Below are positions 18,921 through 27,824 of a DNA stretch of 64,000 nt, in pieces (the stretch's first letter is position 1; every line of letters starts with the position of its first letter). The stretch is from IMG/VR virus record IMGVR_UViG_3300045988_087374; one strand, given 5' to 3'. The stretch comes from a virus. A program made the position numbers and the translations under genes. The notes under the pieces were generated by a model. That model searched no databases, was not told the origin of the DNA, and was given only the letters and a program-made list of their open reading frames with translations.

Positions 18921-20285
18921 ATGGAATGTGTTGCATATTTGCGTGTATCTACAGAGAAACAGGCAGAGGAAGGAAACGGACTGGACAGTCAGCGGCGTGA
19001 TATTGAGAACTACTGCCGGAAAAACGAACTGATAATCAAGAATTGGTATGAAGACGATGGTTTTACTGGCTCGAACATGAACCGACCGGGATTGCAAAGA
19101 CTTATCAATGATTGCACCAGAAAACGAATCAAATGCGTAGTAGCATTCAAACTTGACCGATTATCACGAAGCATGGTAGACGGAATCTATCTGATCGAAC
19201 GAATATTTATCCCAAATGGTGTGGAATTCAAGTGCGTCCATGACAGTGTGAGTTACGACAGCCCAATGGAACAGGCATATACACAGATGATGGCAGTGTT
19301 CGCTCAGCTTGATAAAAACACAATGCTGCTTAGAATGCGAGGCGGAATGCTGGAGCGCGTGAAGCAGGGATTCTGGATGGGCGGCGGAAACTTGCCCTAT
19401 TGCTATGACTACGACAGGGAACAGGGGATTTTAGTTCCCATATCGGAACGAGCGGAGCAGGCAAGGCAGGCATTGGACTTGTACTTGTCGGGATATTCGG
19501 ATGCCAAAATCAGAGATATTTTAGGCTACACAAGCGAAAGGGTTGTCAGGAACATTTTGACAAGTCCGGTCAATATCGGGATGATTCCGTATAAGGGAAG
19601 TGTCTATCGAGGAAAGCACAAACCGATTTTTGAAGCAGAGAAATTTGAGGCAGCTCAAGAAATGAGGAAATCTCGCCGACAGCACAAACTTCAGAACATC
19701 AATCAGCCGGCACACTTGCTTACAGGACTATGCTATTGTGGTGTGTGCGGATGTAAGATGAGGTACCAGAAATGGACGCATGGAAAGCATAAGATATACT
19801 GCTGTTCGCGGAATGCGGGATGTTCACATTTGCCTAATTACAATCCTAACTGCGATAATTCTCTTGAATGGGCAGATGATATCGAGAAGCAGGTGGAAGA
19901 ACAGATTCTTAAAATCTCGCTCAATCTATCTTCGTACAAGCCCAAGGAAAAAGAAACCAGACTGGAAATATTGCAAAAGCAGTATGACAAAGAGAAAACC
20001 AAACTAAAACGGCTATATTCGTTGTACGCTGATGGGAACGATACAGTTCTGGAAATGATACAGGAATCCGAAAGCAAGTTGTCAGAAATAAAAGAACAGA
20101 TTGACAGAGAAACAGAGAATACAGAGTACACGCAAAAAAAAGAATACGTCTACGAAAAAATAAAAAGGCTCGCCGACGTTTGGGATCACATCGACAAGCC
20201 AGACAAAAACAAGATACTAAAGAGTATAATCTCAAAAATTGTGATAGTCAATGGAAACGTTGAAATACAGTTAAAGAGATTTTAG
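18921..20285 (+). CDS. large serine recombinase (integrase)
   Basis: YLRVSTEKQ catalytic Ser motif, FKLDRLSRS, Cys-rich zinc-ribbon and coiled-coil C-terminus; AAGGAGG RBS. Confidence 0.9.
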   Translation: MECVAYLRVSTEKQAEEGNGLDSQRRDIENYCRKNELIIKNWYEDDGFTGSNMNRPGLQRLINDCTRKRIKCVVAFKLDRLSRSMVDGIYLIERIFIPNGVEFKCVHDSVSYDSPMEQAYTQMMAVFAQLDKNTMLLRMRGGMLERVKQGFWMGGGNLPYCYDYDREQGILVPISERAEQARQALDLYLSGYSDAKIRDILGYTSERVVRNILTSPVNIGMIPYKGSVYRGKHKPIFEAEKFEAAQEMRKSRRQHKLQNINQPAHLLTGLCYCGVCGCKMRYQKWTHGKHKIYCCSRNAGCSHLPNYNPNCDNSLEWADDIEKQVEEQILKISLNLSSYKPKEKETRLEILQKQYDKEKTKLKRLYSLYADGNDTVLEMIQESESKLSEIKEQIDRETENTEYTQKKEYVYEKIKRLADVWDHIDKPDKNKILKSIISKIVIVNGNVEIQLKRF

Positions 20286-20370
20286 CATAACCTATACGCC
20301 ATACCTACGGCATATAGTTAGTGCTAATAAGTGCCGCACGTATCATGTTAATAAATAACAGGAGGTAACG

Positions 20371-21051
20371 ATGATCTCACAGGGAATTAGCCATACCGCA
20401 TATGACGTAATGCGAGAGTACATGATTACAGGAGCCGAACTGGACGGCAAATACCAAATTCCAATGATGGAACGATACACAGACCGACCGGGCGAAGATA
20501 CTGTGGATTTCAAGGATAGCTTCAGTCCGAAGATTAAGAACCACCGCAAGCTGACGGTGAATTTTTATATCCATGACTGTGAATTCGAGAGAATCTGGAA
20601 CAATCCAGACAGGTATCTGGAGCATCTGAAATGTTTCCACAGCGTGATCGCACCGGATTTTTCCATGGCTGTTGGACAGGGTGGAATGCCGTTCGCTATG
20701 AATATCTGGCAGAAATATCGTAATCATGCATTGTCTTATTATCTCAGTATGAACGGAATCAAGGTAATTCCAAACGTGAACATACCGCCGGAGTACTGTT
20801 ATGATTGGGCGTTTGACGGCGTACCGAAAAGAAGCACAGTAGCGTGCTGCACTAATGGCAGAATCAAAGCCAGGGCATCCAGAGAGGAATTCTGCAAGGG
20901 ATTCAAGGAAATGGAAAAGAGGATTGAACCACTGAGGGTTATTATTGTCGGGACAATTCCACCGGAACTTAAAACAGATGCAGAAATCGTGAATTTCAAG
21001 ACTCGCAGTCAGAAGATCAGAGACAGGGAGGGGAAATACAATGGGATATAA
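20371..21051 (+). CDS. DUF4417-like protein
   Basis: FYIHDCEFERIWNNPDRY...APDFS pattern, recalled from that family. Confidence 0.5.
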   Translation: MISQGISHTAYDVMREYMITGAELDGKYQIPMMERYTDRPGEDTVDFKDSFSPKIKNHRKLTVNFYIHDCEFERIWNNPDRYLEHLKCFHSVIAPDFSMAVGQGGMPFAMNIWQKYRNHALSYYLSMNGIKVIPNVNIPPEYCYDWAFDGVPKRSTVACCTNGRIKARASREEFCKGFKEMEKRIEPLRVIIVGTIPPELKTDAEIVNFKTRSQKIRDREGKYNGI

Positions 21052-21840
21052 TACTGATGCGTACATGAGGAAAAAATCTCGAACCAAGAAGCAACAGGAG
21101 AGGGAACAGATGATGAGTCGCAAAGGGATCGGTAAAAGGACCGGTCGCATGAAGAAAGAAAAGTTAAATAAATTGTGAAAAGTTAACAGCACTAGAATTG
21201 ATGTTATAAATTACACTGTGCCAAATGCACAAAAGAGAATTTTGAAATAAGGCTAAGCCGTTTTCTTGTTCCATTTTTTGCGATTTTTTCCGCAGATTTC
21301 GGGATCGCGCTGATCAATGCCAGTCTGAAACGTACCAGACTGCCGAACCGATGAAAATAGTAAAGCAGACCTGTGCAGGAAATCTCGAGAAATGCGGTAA
21401 TTGATTGACCGAAAACGGCTAGAATCAATTTGAATGTGCTAACCCTAGACTTAATCAAATACGCGTACAAAGTCCGTAAATGAGCCTAAAAGGAATTATA
21501 AACAATGTAACCGCTACCAGTACGCATATACGCACTAATTCTTGTAAAACGTCAAATACAGCCTTTCAAGATCAGGAGCTGCCGCCAGCTGCACGAACTG
21601 GACAAACTGCTAGAAAGACCAGCGGAAACGATCAGAAGCAGATCACAAACCGGAAGTGTATATATAACCATGATACCGCTGTTAATGTCTTGCGTCAATC
21701 CTTATTATTGATTACTTAAAAATTGCTAGAATTGATTTCAGAAGCCGATGCGGTAAAATGTACGTCTAATCCATCCAAAGCTGTTTTAACCCGTAAAACG
21801 TCAACAAAACCAAAGACACGAGAAAAAGAGCAGCCAAAAG

Positions 21841-22224
21841 CTACTCTAAGTAATTGACGCGGGCTTTTCGCGGAAGATCTCGGAAGAACTCGAGAAAGCC
21901 GGAGTTGTCCAAGGTACTATACTGGCGGTCTGATGTCGGAATGATACGCCCGTCCTTAATCTCCATGCATGACAGCTGCAAGTGATTTGCCAGCTTGGTT
22001 GACCGATGCAGGGCGTACCGCATGACCGACACAGCTCCAGATTGACAGCGAACCGGTGGCAAGTCGTACCAGATCAGCGGCACGGATCCGGACGCAACCG
22101 CCCGGAAAACATCGGCGGCGTTCTGTCTGGCGGCATCTCTTATTTTTTTAACTTCGGAAAAATCGCCGCTTTTTATGGCCACGATAGTCTGCTTTGGTGT
22201 TGGTTTTATAATCTTATTTATCAT
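21841..22224 (-). CDS. hypothetical protein
   Basis: GGAGGG RBS before MINKII (internal Met of the track ORF). Confidence 0.55.
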   Translation of the reverse strand: MINKIIKPTPKQTIVAIKSGDFSEVKKIRDAARQNAADVFRAVASGSVPLIWYDLPPVRCQSGAVSVMRYALHRSTKLANHLQLSCMEIKDGRIIPTSDRQYSTLDNSGFLEFFRDLPRKARVNYLE

Positions 22225-22226
22225 TT

Positions 22227-22439
22227 TTATAACCCTCCAAAAGTTTTGCTTTTCTTGTAGCATTTGTTCCAGAAGTCAACAATTTTTTCTGCTTCTTTTC
22301 TTGTACTACAAATATTAGCAGCGGTTATTCCGGAAATTTGCAACGCAAATACAAGGTTATCAGATTCGGCAACCCGAAGAACAGAAGCGAAGTTTTTACC
22401 GTCATTTTTCGTTGAAATTGCTATATAATGATATTTCAT
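22227..22439 (-). CDS. hypothetical protein
   Basis: GGAGGG RBS before MKYHYIAIS. Confidence 0.5.
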   Translation of the reverse strand: MKYHYIAISTKNDGKNFASVLRVAESDNLVFALQISGITAANICSTRKEAEKIVDFWNKCYKKSKTFGGL

Positions 22440-22455
22440 GTTTAAACCCTCCAAT

Positions 22456-22485
22456 TTTTAGAAAAACAGGCGGGGAAGACCCGCC
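22456..22485 (-). terminator. rho-independent terminator (minus strand)
   Basis: 6-bp GC stem 22469-22474/22480-22485, then a U-run on the minus strand. Confidence 0.55.
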
Positions 22486-22499
22486 CAGATATAGTGCAT

Positions 22500-22703
22500 T
22501 TAGTTCAGACAATCATTGATTTTCTTTTTCAGATGCGGAAACGCTTCACAAATTTCCTGCACGCTGTCTGCGTAATAGTCACCCACGGTCTTGCCAAAAA
22601 TCTTGATATTTCCGGAATAAAAACCGGCGAGATCGTTAAACCAGATGTCAAGCCCGGTTGCCTGCTCCTTTTTGTCGCTGTACCACATATCAATTTTTAT
22701 CAT
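22500..22703 (-). CDS. hypothetical protein
   Basis: 67 aa. Confidence 0.5.
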   Translation of the reverse strand: MIKIDMWYSDKKEQATGLDIWFNDLAGFYSGNIKIFGKTVGDYYADSVQEICEAFPHLKKKINDCLN

Positions 22704-22774
22704 GTTTTCTTATCCTCCTTGAATTTTATTAAAAGACCGCCGGGGAAATGCTCCCCGGTACGCTTACCGGCCTG

Positions 22775-22939
22775 TTAAGCCACACTATCAATAATTTTTT
22801 CAACTGCCTTTTCCCAGTCCGAGAAAGTGCAGTAGTTGTGGTCGTAATAATATTTTTCTTTTTCAAGTTCGTTTTTTCGCTCCGGAAACAGTTCCGCGAG
22901 AGAATCGGTCATCCGGTGAACTCTTTCGTAATCTGCCAT
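22775..22939 (-). CDS. hypothetical protein (54 aa, not in track)
   Basis: AAGGAGGG RBS; MADYERVHRM... Confidence 0.45.
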   Translation of the reverse strand: MADYERVHRMTDSLAELFPERKNELEKEKYYYDHNYCTFSDWEKAVEKIIDSVA

Positions 22940-22941
22940 GT

Positions 22942-23343
22942 TTACGCCCTCCTTAGCATCTCAAGAATCTTCTTGCAGGCTCTGATATAATCATCGGTCA
23001 ACACCTCATTCTTGGAATGTTCGCCGCGCGTCCGGGATTCGAGCCAATCAACAACGCCGGTGCGGTTGTTTCTCAGTTCTTCCAAAAATTCATCATACGA
23101 AGAAAAATCCTCATTTTTGATAAGTTCCGGGACAAATCGAGCGAACCCGAATATTGCATTTAAACCGTTTGGCTCTCTGTAGATACAACCGCCGTAAAAC
23201 TTGCTTTTGGTTCCCTCACAAGTTTTGTGAAGTGCTTTGCAACCATAACACATCGTGTTATATGTCAGGCTGTCGAGTGCCTGTTTTCTTTCTTTTCTTG
23301 CCTGCTCCTGTTCGGGAGTTGCGAAAATAGTATAATCTTTCAT
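22942..23343 (-). CDS. hypothetical protein
   Basis: 133 aa. Confidence 0.55.
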   Translation of the reverse strand: MKDYTIFATPEQEQARKERKQALDSLTYNTMCYGCKALHKTCEGTKSKFYGGCIYREPNGLNAIFGFARFVPELIKNEDFSSYDEFLEELRNNRTGVVDWLESRTRGEHSKNEVLTDDYIRACKKILEMLRRA

Positions 23344-23419
23344 GTTTCTACCTCTCTTTTTTATTTTTTTGAAATCCGGCGGTTGCGTTGAGGCTACGGC
23401 TTGACCGCCGCCGGAGATG

Positions 23420-23617
23420 TTAAACTTCTACGCTGATCAGGGACGGATCCAGATCTCCGCGTCTATATTTAACTGGGAGATACAAGCCCACGCCGTAAGG
23501 ATCGGCCAGCAGCTCCCCGAAATGGGAGTAATGATAGTCAATTCCCATTTCTTTGAATTTCCCTATTGCAGTACTGTTAAGGGAACCTTTTTCCCACTTA
23601 ATATTTGCTATTTTCAT
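23420..23617 (-). CDS. hypothetical protein
   Basis: AAGGAG RBS. Confidence 0.5.
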   Translation of the reverse strand: MKIANIKWEKGSLNSTAIGKFKEMGIDYHYSHFGELLADPYGVGLYLPVKYRRGDLDPSLISVEV

Positions 23618-23636
23618 TTTGTTTTCTCCTTATTTT

Positions 23637-23792
23637 TTATTTATTTTCATTCATGATTGCCTGAATGTGTGGTCTGTAAAGCGTGTTCCACAGCTCCTCA
23701 GCGGAGATACCGCATTCTTCGGCGACCTGAATGTTTTCATCATAACTGTTTAATAATTCAATTACTCTCTTTGTTCTTCCTTCTCTGCTCAT
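23637..23792 (-). CDS. small HTH-like protein (51 aa, not in track), first gene of the leftward operon
   Basis: MSREGRTKRVIELLNSYDENIQVAEECGISAEEL. Confidence 0.4.
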   Translation of the reverse strand: MSREGRTKRVIELLNSYDENIQVAEECGISAEELWNTLYRPHIQAIMNENK

Positions 23793-23839
23793 ACTTTTTT
23801 CCTTCTTTCTCCCGGCTTGGTGACCGGGTTGTTTGTTCT

Positions 23840-23998
23840 CTGTTGATGAGATTATAATACATCAAAATTTAATGTATGTCTATTGACATTATACACTAAA
23901 ATATAATGTATAAAAGAGTGCTGTTTTGTACATATTGTACATTGCGATATAGTGTATAAAATGATATGATAAAATATATCTTATAAGGAGGAAAAAGC
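23840..23998. promoter_or_regulatory. divergent early control region with TGTACA operator-like repeats
   Basis: AT-rich; TTGACA at 23883, TATAAT at 23853 and 23902; tgtaca at 23927 and 23936. Confidence 0.4.
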
Positions 23999-24250
23999 AT
24001 GATTAGATACAAACGAAATATAATTGATATGATGGCAAAAAAAGGAGTTACTACATATATTATAAGAAAAAATAAGCTTTTCACAGAAGGCCAGTTACAG
24101 CAGCTCCGCAGTGATCGGCTTGTTACTCAAGACACACTTGACAAGTTATGTACTATATTGGAATGTCAGCCTGGCTATCTACTGGAATATTTGCCAGATG
24201 AAAAAACAAAAGATTTTGAAGAAATGGTGTTGACATACACTAAAAAATGA
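23999..24250 (+). CDS. XRE/Cro-type HTH transcriptional regulator
   Basis: LDKLCTILECQPGYLLEY C-terminal HTH signature; AAGGAGG RBS. Confidence 0.7.
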   Translation: MIRYKRNIIDMMAKKGVTTYIIRKNKLFTEGQLQQLRSDRLVTQDTLDKLCTILECQPGYLLEYLPDEKTKDFEEMVLTYTKK

Positions 24251-24319
24251 TGTACAATAAAGACAGTTAAAGAAAGTAACTAAAAACTTCACTCACAGAG
24301 AAAAAAGGAGAGAGAAAAC

Positions 24320-24580
24320 ATGATTAAAGCAAACGGATGGACAGACTATTCAGAGAGAATTGGCGACGAAGTCTACAACGTTAGTGAGGACGGTTATAAA
24401 ACTTATAAAATTGAGGTTTTTTTAAGCAGTCCTTTTGATAGCAGTGCTTTACCGATTCGGACGATCACTGTTGGAAGTCTTGAGCAGGTAGAAAAAATCT
24501 TGAAGAAAGAAAGAGAAAAGGCAGGCATAACGGAACCGTACTCTTTTAGCTATACCACAAGAGACGGCTCTAAATGTTAA
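24320..24580 (+). CDS. hypothetical protein
   Basis: 86 aa. Confidence 0.5.
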   Translation: MIKANGWTDYSERIGDEVYNVSEDGYKTYKIEVFLSSPFDSSALPIRTITVGSLEQVEKILKKEREKAGITEPYSFSYTTRDGSKC

Positions 24581-24597
24581 TATTAGGAGGATGCGAA

Positions 24598-25281
24598 ATG
24601 GAATTTAAATGTGTGCATTACGGCGAAGAATGTGTGTTATCATACACAGACGAGGGCGAAAACACTCTGACGCAGGTTGTAACAGCAATGTCAGAAAAAG
24701 GAATAGAATTTGAACTGCTTCCAGTAGGAGACTGGCAGGATGAAATGTTCATCGATGTCTTGAAGTACGCAAGCCAGAAGGACGGACAGCCGGTATACTG
24801 CATCGTATGCGGTGCAGAGTGTTGCTACATACAGACGCGGAAATTGCCAGAAGATATGGATATTCAAAAGCTCGTCTATGATGTTTTGGGACAGAAAAAA
24901 GGCTATAAGCCTATGGTAATGCAGTCTAAATTCGGGAAGGTATTGACCGAAACAATGAATCAAGCGAATGAGATCATTGCTTCCGGAAACTTTTCCGAGG
25001 CAGAGCAAGAAGTTATAGCACTTTTCAGGGAAAAAGCATCGTCAACAATGGTACCTGAAGACGATCAATGGAGCTTCGAAGATGAAGATGATCCCGTAGA
25101 AGACGAAACAATGTTTTTATATTCGTACAAAATAGTTGCCGACTTACTCAGCCGAAAAGGTTACAGTTATGAAAAAATGGAACAGTACGCGAAAATAGAT
25201 CACCATGATGTTGAAACATGGGAGAATGATCTGAAGCGACTGTACAATGGTTTCTACTGGATGAATGTAAAGAAACAGTAA
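24598..25281 (+). CDS. hypothetical protein
   Basis: TAGGAGG RBS before MEFKCVHY. Confidence 0.55.
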   Translation: MEFKCVHYGEECVLSYTDEGENTLTQVVTAMSEKGIEFELLPVGDWQDEMFIDVLKYASQKDGQPVYCIVCGAECCYIQTRKLPEDMDIQKLVYDVLGQKKGYKPMVMQSKFGKVLTETMNQANEIIASGNFSEAEQEVIALFREKASSTMVPEDDQWSFEDEDDPVEDETMFLYSYKIVADLLSRKGYSYEKMEQYAKIDHHDVETWENDLKRLYNGFYWMNVKKQ

Positions 25282-25308
25282 AACGAGGGCGAAAAAGGAG
25301 AGGTAAAA

Positions 25309-25518
25309 ATGATGAATAGAAGATATGTTAAGAATGAATGGGGCGTAACTATTGACTACGAAGTTGCTGAAAACTTGATGGACGACGAACTCAGAGAAAA
25401 GATCGCATATGAGTTACAGCTTGTATCAGATCAAGAGTTCTTTGACATCTACTGCCAGGAGCACGAAAAAGTTTTTGGTGAAGAATGGGAGCTTGCAAAG
25501 AAAAACCCGTGTTATTAA
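25309..25518 (+). CDS. hypothetical protein
   Basis: 69 aa. Confidence 0.5.
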   Translation: MMNRRYVKNEWGVTIDYEVAENLMDDELREKIAYELQLVSDQEFFDIYCQEHEKVFGEEWELAKKNPCY

Positions 25519-25531
25519 GGGAGTTGGTAAA

Positions 25532-26152
25532 ATGAAAAGGACAAAAAGGAAGTGCCCGGAATGCGGAACTGAATTTTTCGGCACAACCGGTTCCACATTA
25601 TGCCCAGCCTGTCAAAAAAGTAAAATTGCAAGTTCTACAATTCGTGAAAGAACTTGCATAGACTGTGGGCGAACTTTTGATGGCGGGCCACGTGCTAAAA
25701 GATGCCCGGAATGCCGCATACTGGCGAGGAAAGAAAACACTGCCAAATATCGCAAGTCCGGGCCTATGCGTCCACTTGGGAGTATTGACTACTGCCAACG
25801 ATGCGGAAAAGAATATGTGGTAAAAACAGGCCGCCAAAAATATTGCTCTGGCAAATGTGCCCAAATTTCTGTCAAGGAATGGCAATCAGAACATAAAAAA
25901 GCAAAGTATAGCCCAGAGGAAGCTAAGAAGCAGCACGCAGAAAGCAGATTGAAAAGAATAAAAATTTGCAGATATTGCGGAAAATCTTTTTGGGATGGCA
26001 CTTCTTCAAATGTATGTTCGGAGTATTGCAGGAAAAAACAGTTGCAGATCAGGAGATATGAGTCAGAGATTCGGCGTGGCTGCAATTGCGATTTGCAAAA
26101 ACTGTTGGATGAAAGAGAGTTGTATAGAGAAGAGCAAAAAAAGAGTGACTAA
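25532..26152 (+). CDS. multi-zinc-ribbon protein
   Basis: repeated CxxC pairs (CPECG, CPAC, CIDCG, CPEC, CQRCG, CRYCG). Confidence 0.55.
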   Translation: MKRTKRKCPECGTEFFGTTGSTLCPACQKSKIASSTIRERTCIDCGRTFDGGPRAKRCPECRILARKENTAKYRKSGPMRPLGSIDYCQRCGKEYVVKTGRQKYCSGKCAQISVKEWQSEHKKAKYSPEEAKKQHAESRLKRIKICRYCGKSFWDGTSSNVCSEYCRKKQLQIRRYESEIRRGCNCDLQKLLDERELYREEQKKSD

Positions 26153-26261
26153 CAACGAACGTTAGCCACTCTCTCATAGAAACGCATTCAATAATAATTG
26201 AATAGCATCAAGCACCATCAGTATAATATAATACACATATAATGTCAAGGGAGAGAAGAAA

Positions 26262-26447
26262 ATGAATAAATACGAATTTAGTGCAAACGAATTAACAGAA
26301 AAGGCGTTTGCGGTATATAGCAACAGTAGCTTTGCGTTCTGGAAAGATGCAAACGGCACATTCTACAGAAGCGACAATCTAAACAGCGAAAAGGTGGAAG
26401 TCGGAACCGCCGAAGATGTAAACGAATTTTTGGAAATGTTCGCCTAA
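26262..26447 (+). CDS. hypothetical protein
   Basis: 61 aa. Confidence 0.5.
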   Translation: MNKYEFSANELTEKAFAVYSNSSFAFWKDANGTFYRSDNLNSEKVEVGTAEDVNEFLEMFA

Positions 26448-26453
26448 AAAAAA

Positions 26454-26480
26454 GCCCCTTGGAATTTACCAGGGGCTTTT
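26454..26480 (+). terminator. rho-independent terminator
   Basis: gcccct(t)gg / ccaggggc stem followed by tttt. Confidence 0.7.
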
Positions 26481-26715
26481 ATCATACTTTTTTTGCGGCG
26501 GTGTAACGACGACCTACGGGTTAACAGCCCCACCGCCAAAGCTGTTATAACACATATAACACAATATTCCCGAAGCTGTCAAGAGAAAAATTATATTTTT
26601 TTGCACTTGACTTTTGGTCTGACAGTGCGATATGCTTACACCAACGACGGCCGCCGGGAACTCATGGAGGGGTAGTGAACAGAAGCCAAGGTTAATTGAA
26701 TACCGAAATCTATGC

Positions 26716-26757
26716 AGCCAGATCACGCCGGAGCAGTGCCGGAAGGTCTGGCTTTTT
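26716..26757 (+). terminator. terminator-like hairpin ending an ORF-less transcript
   Basis: gccaga...tctggc stem enclosing a ccgg hairpin, then ttttt. Confidence 0.5.
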
Positions 26758-26958
26758 ATGTACCTGATAGACCTATATATTATATATATTAATAGATTAC
26801 CAGTACAGTAATGTATGTTAATATCTTTTATACCCCTCCATAGATTCTCTAAGGTTAGAGTTGATTAATATAATATATTATATATATATTAATATATAGA
26901 GCAGTAGAAGATATATCAGAAATACCAGAAGGTAAAAAAAATATTATATAAAAAACTG

Positions 26959-26987
26959 TTGACAAAATTATAAAGAGTATGTAATGA
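26959..26987 (+). promoter_or_regulatory. sigma-70-like promoter upstream of the TerS-like gene
   Basis: TTGACA, 17-nt spacer, TAATGA with TG immediately upstream. Confidence 0.45.
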
Positions 26988-27104
26988 TAGTAGCAACTTA
27001 ATACAGATACAGATTTTACAAGAGATTTTTTACGATACATAGGATTAAGCTAGGTTAATTAGATCATTGGACTATTAACCTGTTTATTTTTATGTATTTT
27101 TTTA

Positions 27105-27824
27105 TTGTATAAAAGAAATGAGGTGAAAAAGGGGAGGACAACAGAAGAACTTCTGGAGAATTTTGAAGACGAAACAGAAAATCTATTGCGTGCGTTTTGC
27201 GAAAAATACAATATCGAGAGTCCGATGGAGATGAAACAGAATACTTTTGAAGCTGCCATGTCCTACGCTGGTGATCACATTTTCTTGAAACCGGATGGAG
27301 TGACGCTAAAGTATAATCGCCAGACTATTGTTGATGCAGATAACGCTTTGCTTATAGAGTATATCTTAGATAGATATGAGCAGATATGCAAAATCTATAA
27401 CAAAGAAGTTAATATACAAGGTTTTAGTAGATACATAAAAATCAGCGAACAAACCATGTATAACTGGTTAAACGGTGAGTATAAAACAAAGGTATATATA
27501 GATACTGAGGGCAATGTTATAAAAGATATACAGGAATGGAAGTTGAATAAAAGGGGTGAATATAGGGAGATAACAAGCACCTCACACCTTGATTTAGTGA
27601 AAAAAATTAGGTTAATGGATGAACATTCCTTGTCAAATATCGGCATTGGCGACAGGAACAATACCGGCGTTGCAATGAAGCTAAACACTCAGTACGGATG
27701 GAACGCACCAAACGGAAGAGGAGCGAATGAGGATACCGGAAAACCGAAACGCAGTGCACAGGAGATCGCGGAAAAGCACAGAGCAGCACTGGAACTTCCA
27801 GAGCCAGAGAGACCGGAGCTGTAA
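27105..27824 (+). CDS. HTH DNA-binding protein, possible terminase small subunit (start uncertain: TTG 27105, GTG 27123 or AGG 27135)
   Basis: FSRYIKISEQTMYNWLNG HTH; lies before the packaging and head genes. Confidence 0.4.
   Translation: MYKRNEVKKGRTTEELLENFEDETENLLRAFCEKYNIESPMEMKQNTFEAAMSYAGDHIFLKPDGVTLKYNRQTIVDADNALLIEYILDRYEQICKIYNKEVNIQGFSRYIKISEQTMYNWLNGEYKTKVYIDTEGNVIKDIQEWKLNKRGEYREITSTSHLDLVKKIRLMDEHSLSNIGIGDRNNTGVAMKLNTQYGWNAPNGRGANEDTGKPKRSAQEIAEKHRAALELPEPERPEL

Noticed and set aside
20377-21192. 271-aa minus-strand ORF
   Set aside because: It is fully antisense to the well-supported DUF4417 gene. It has no RBS, its composition is odd, and it is a typical shadow ORF.
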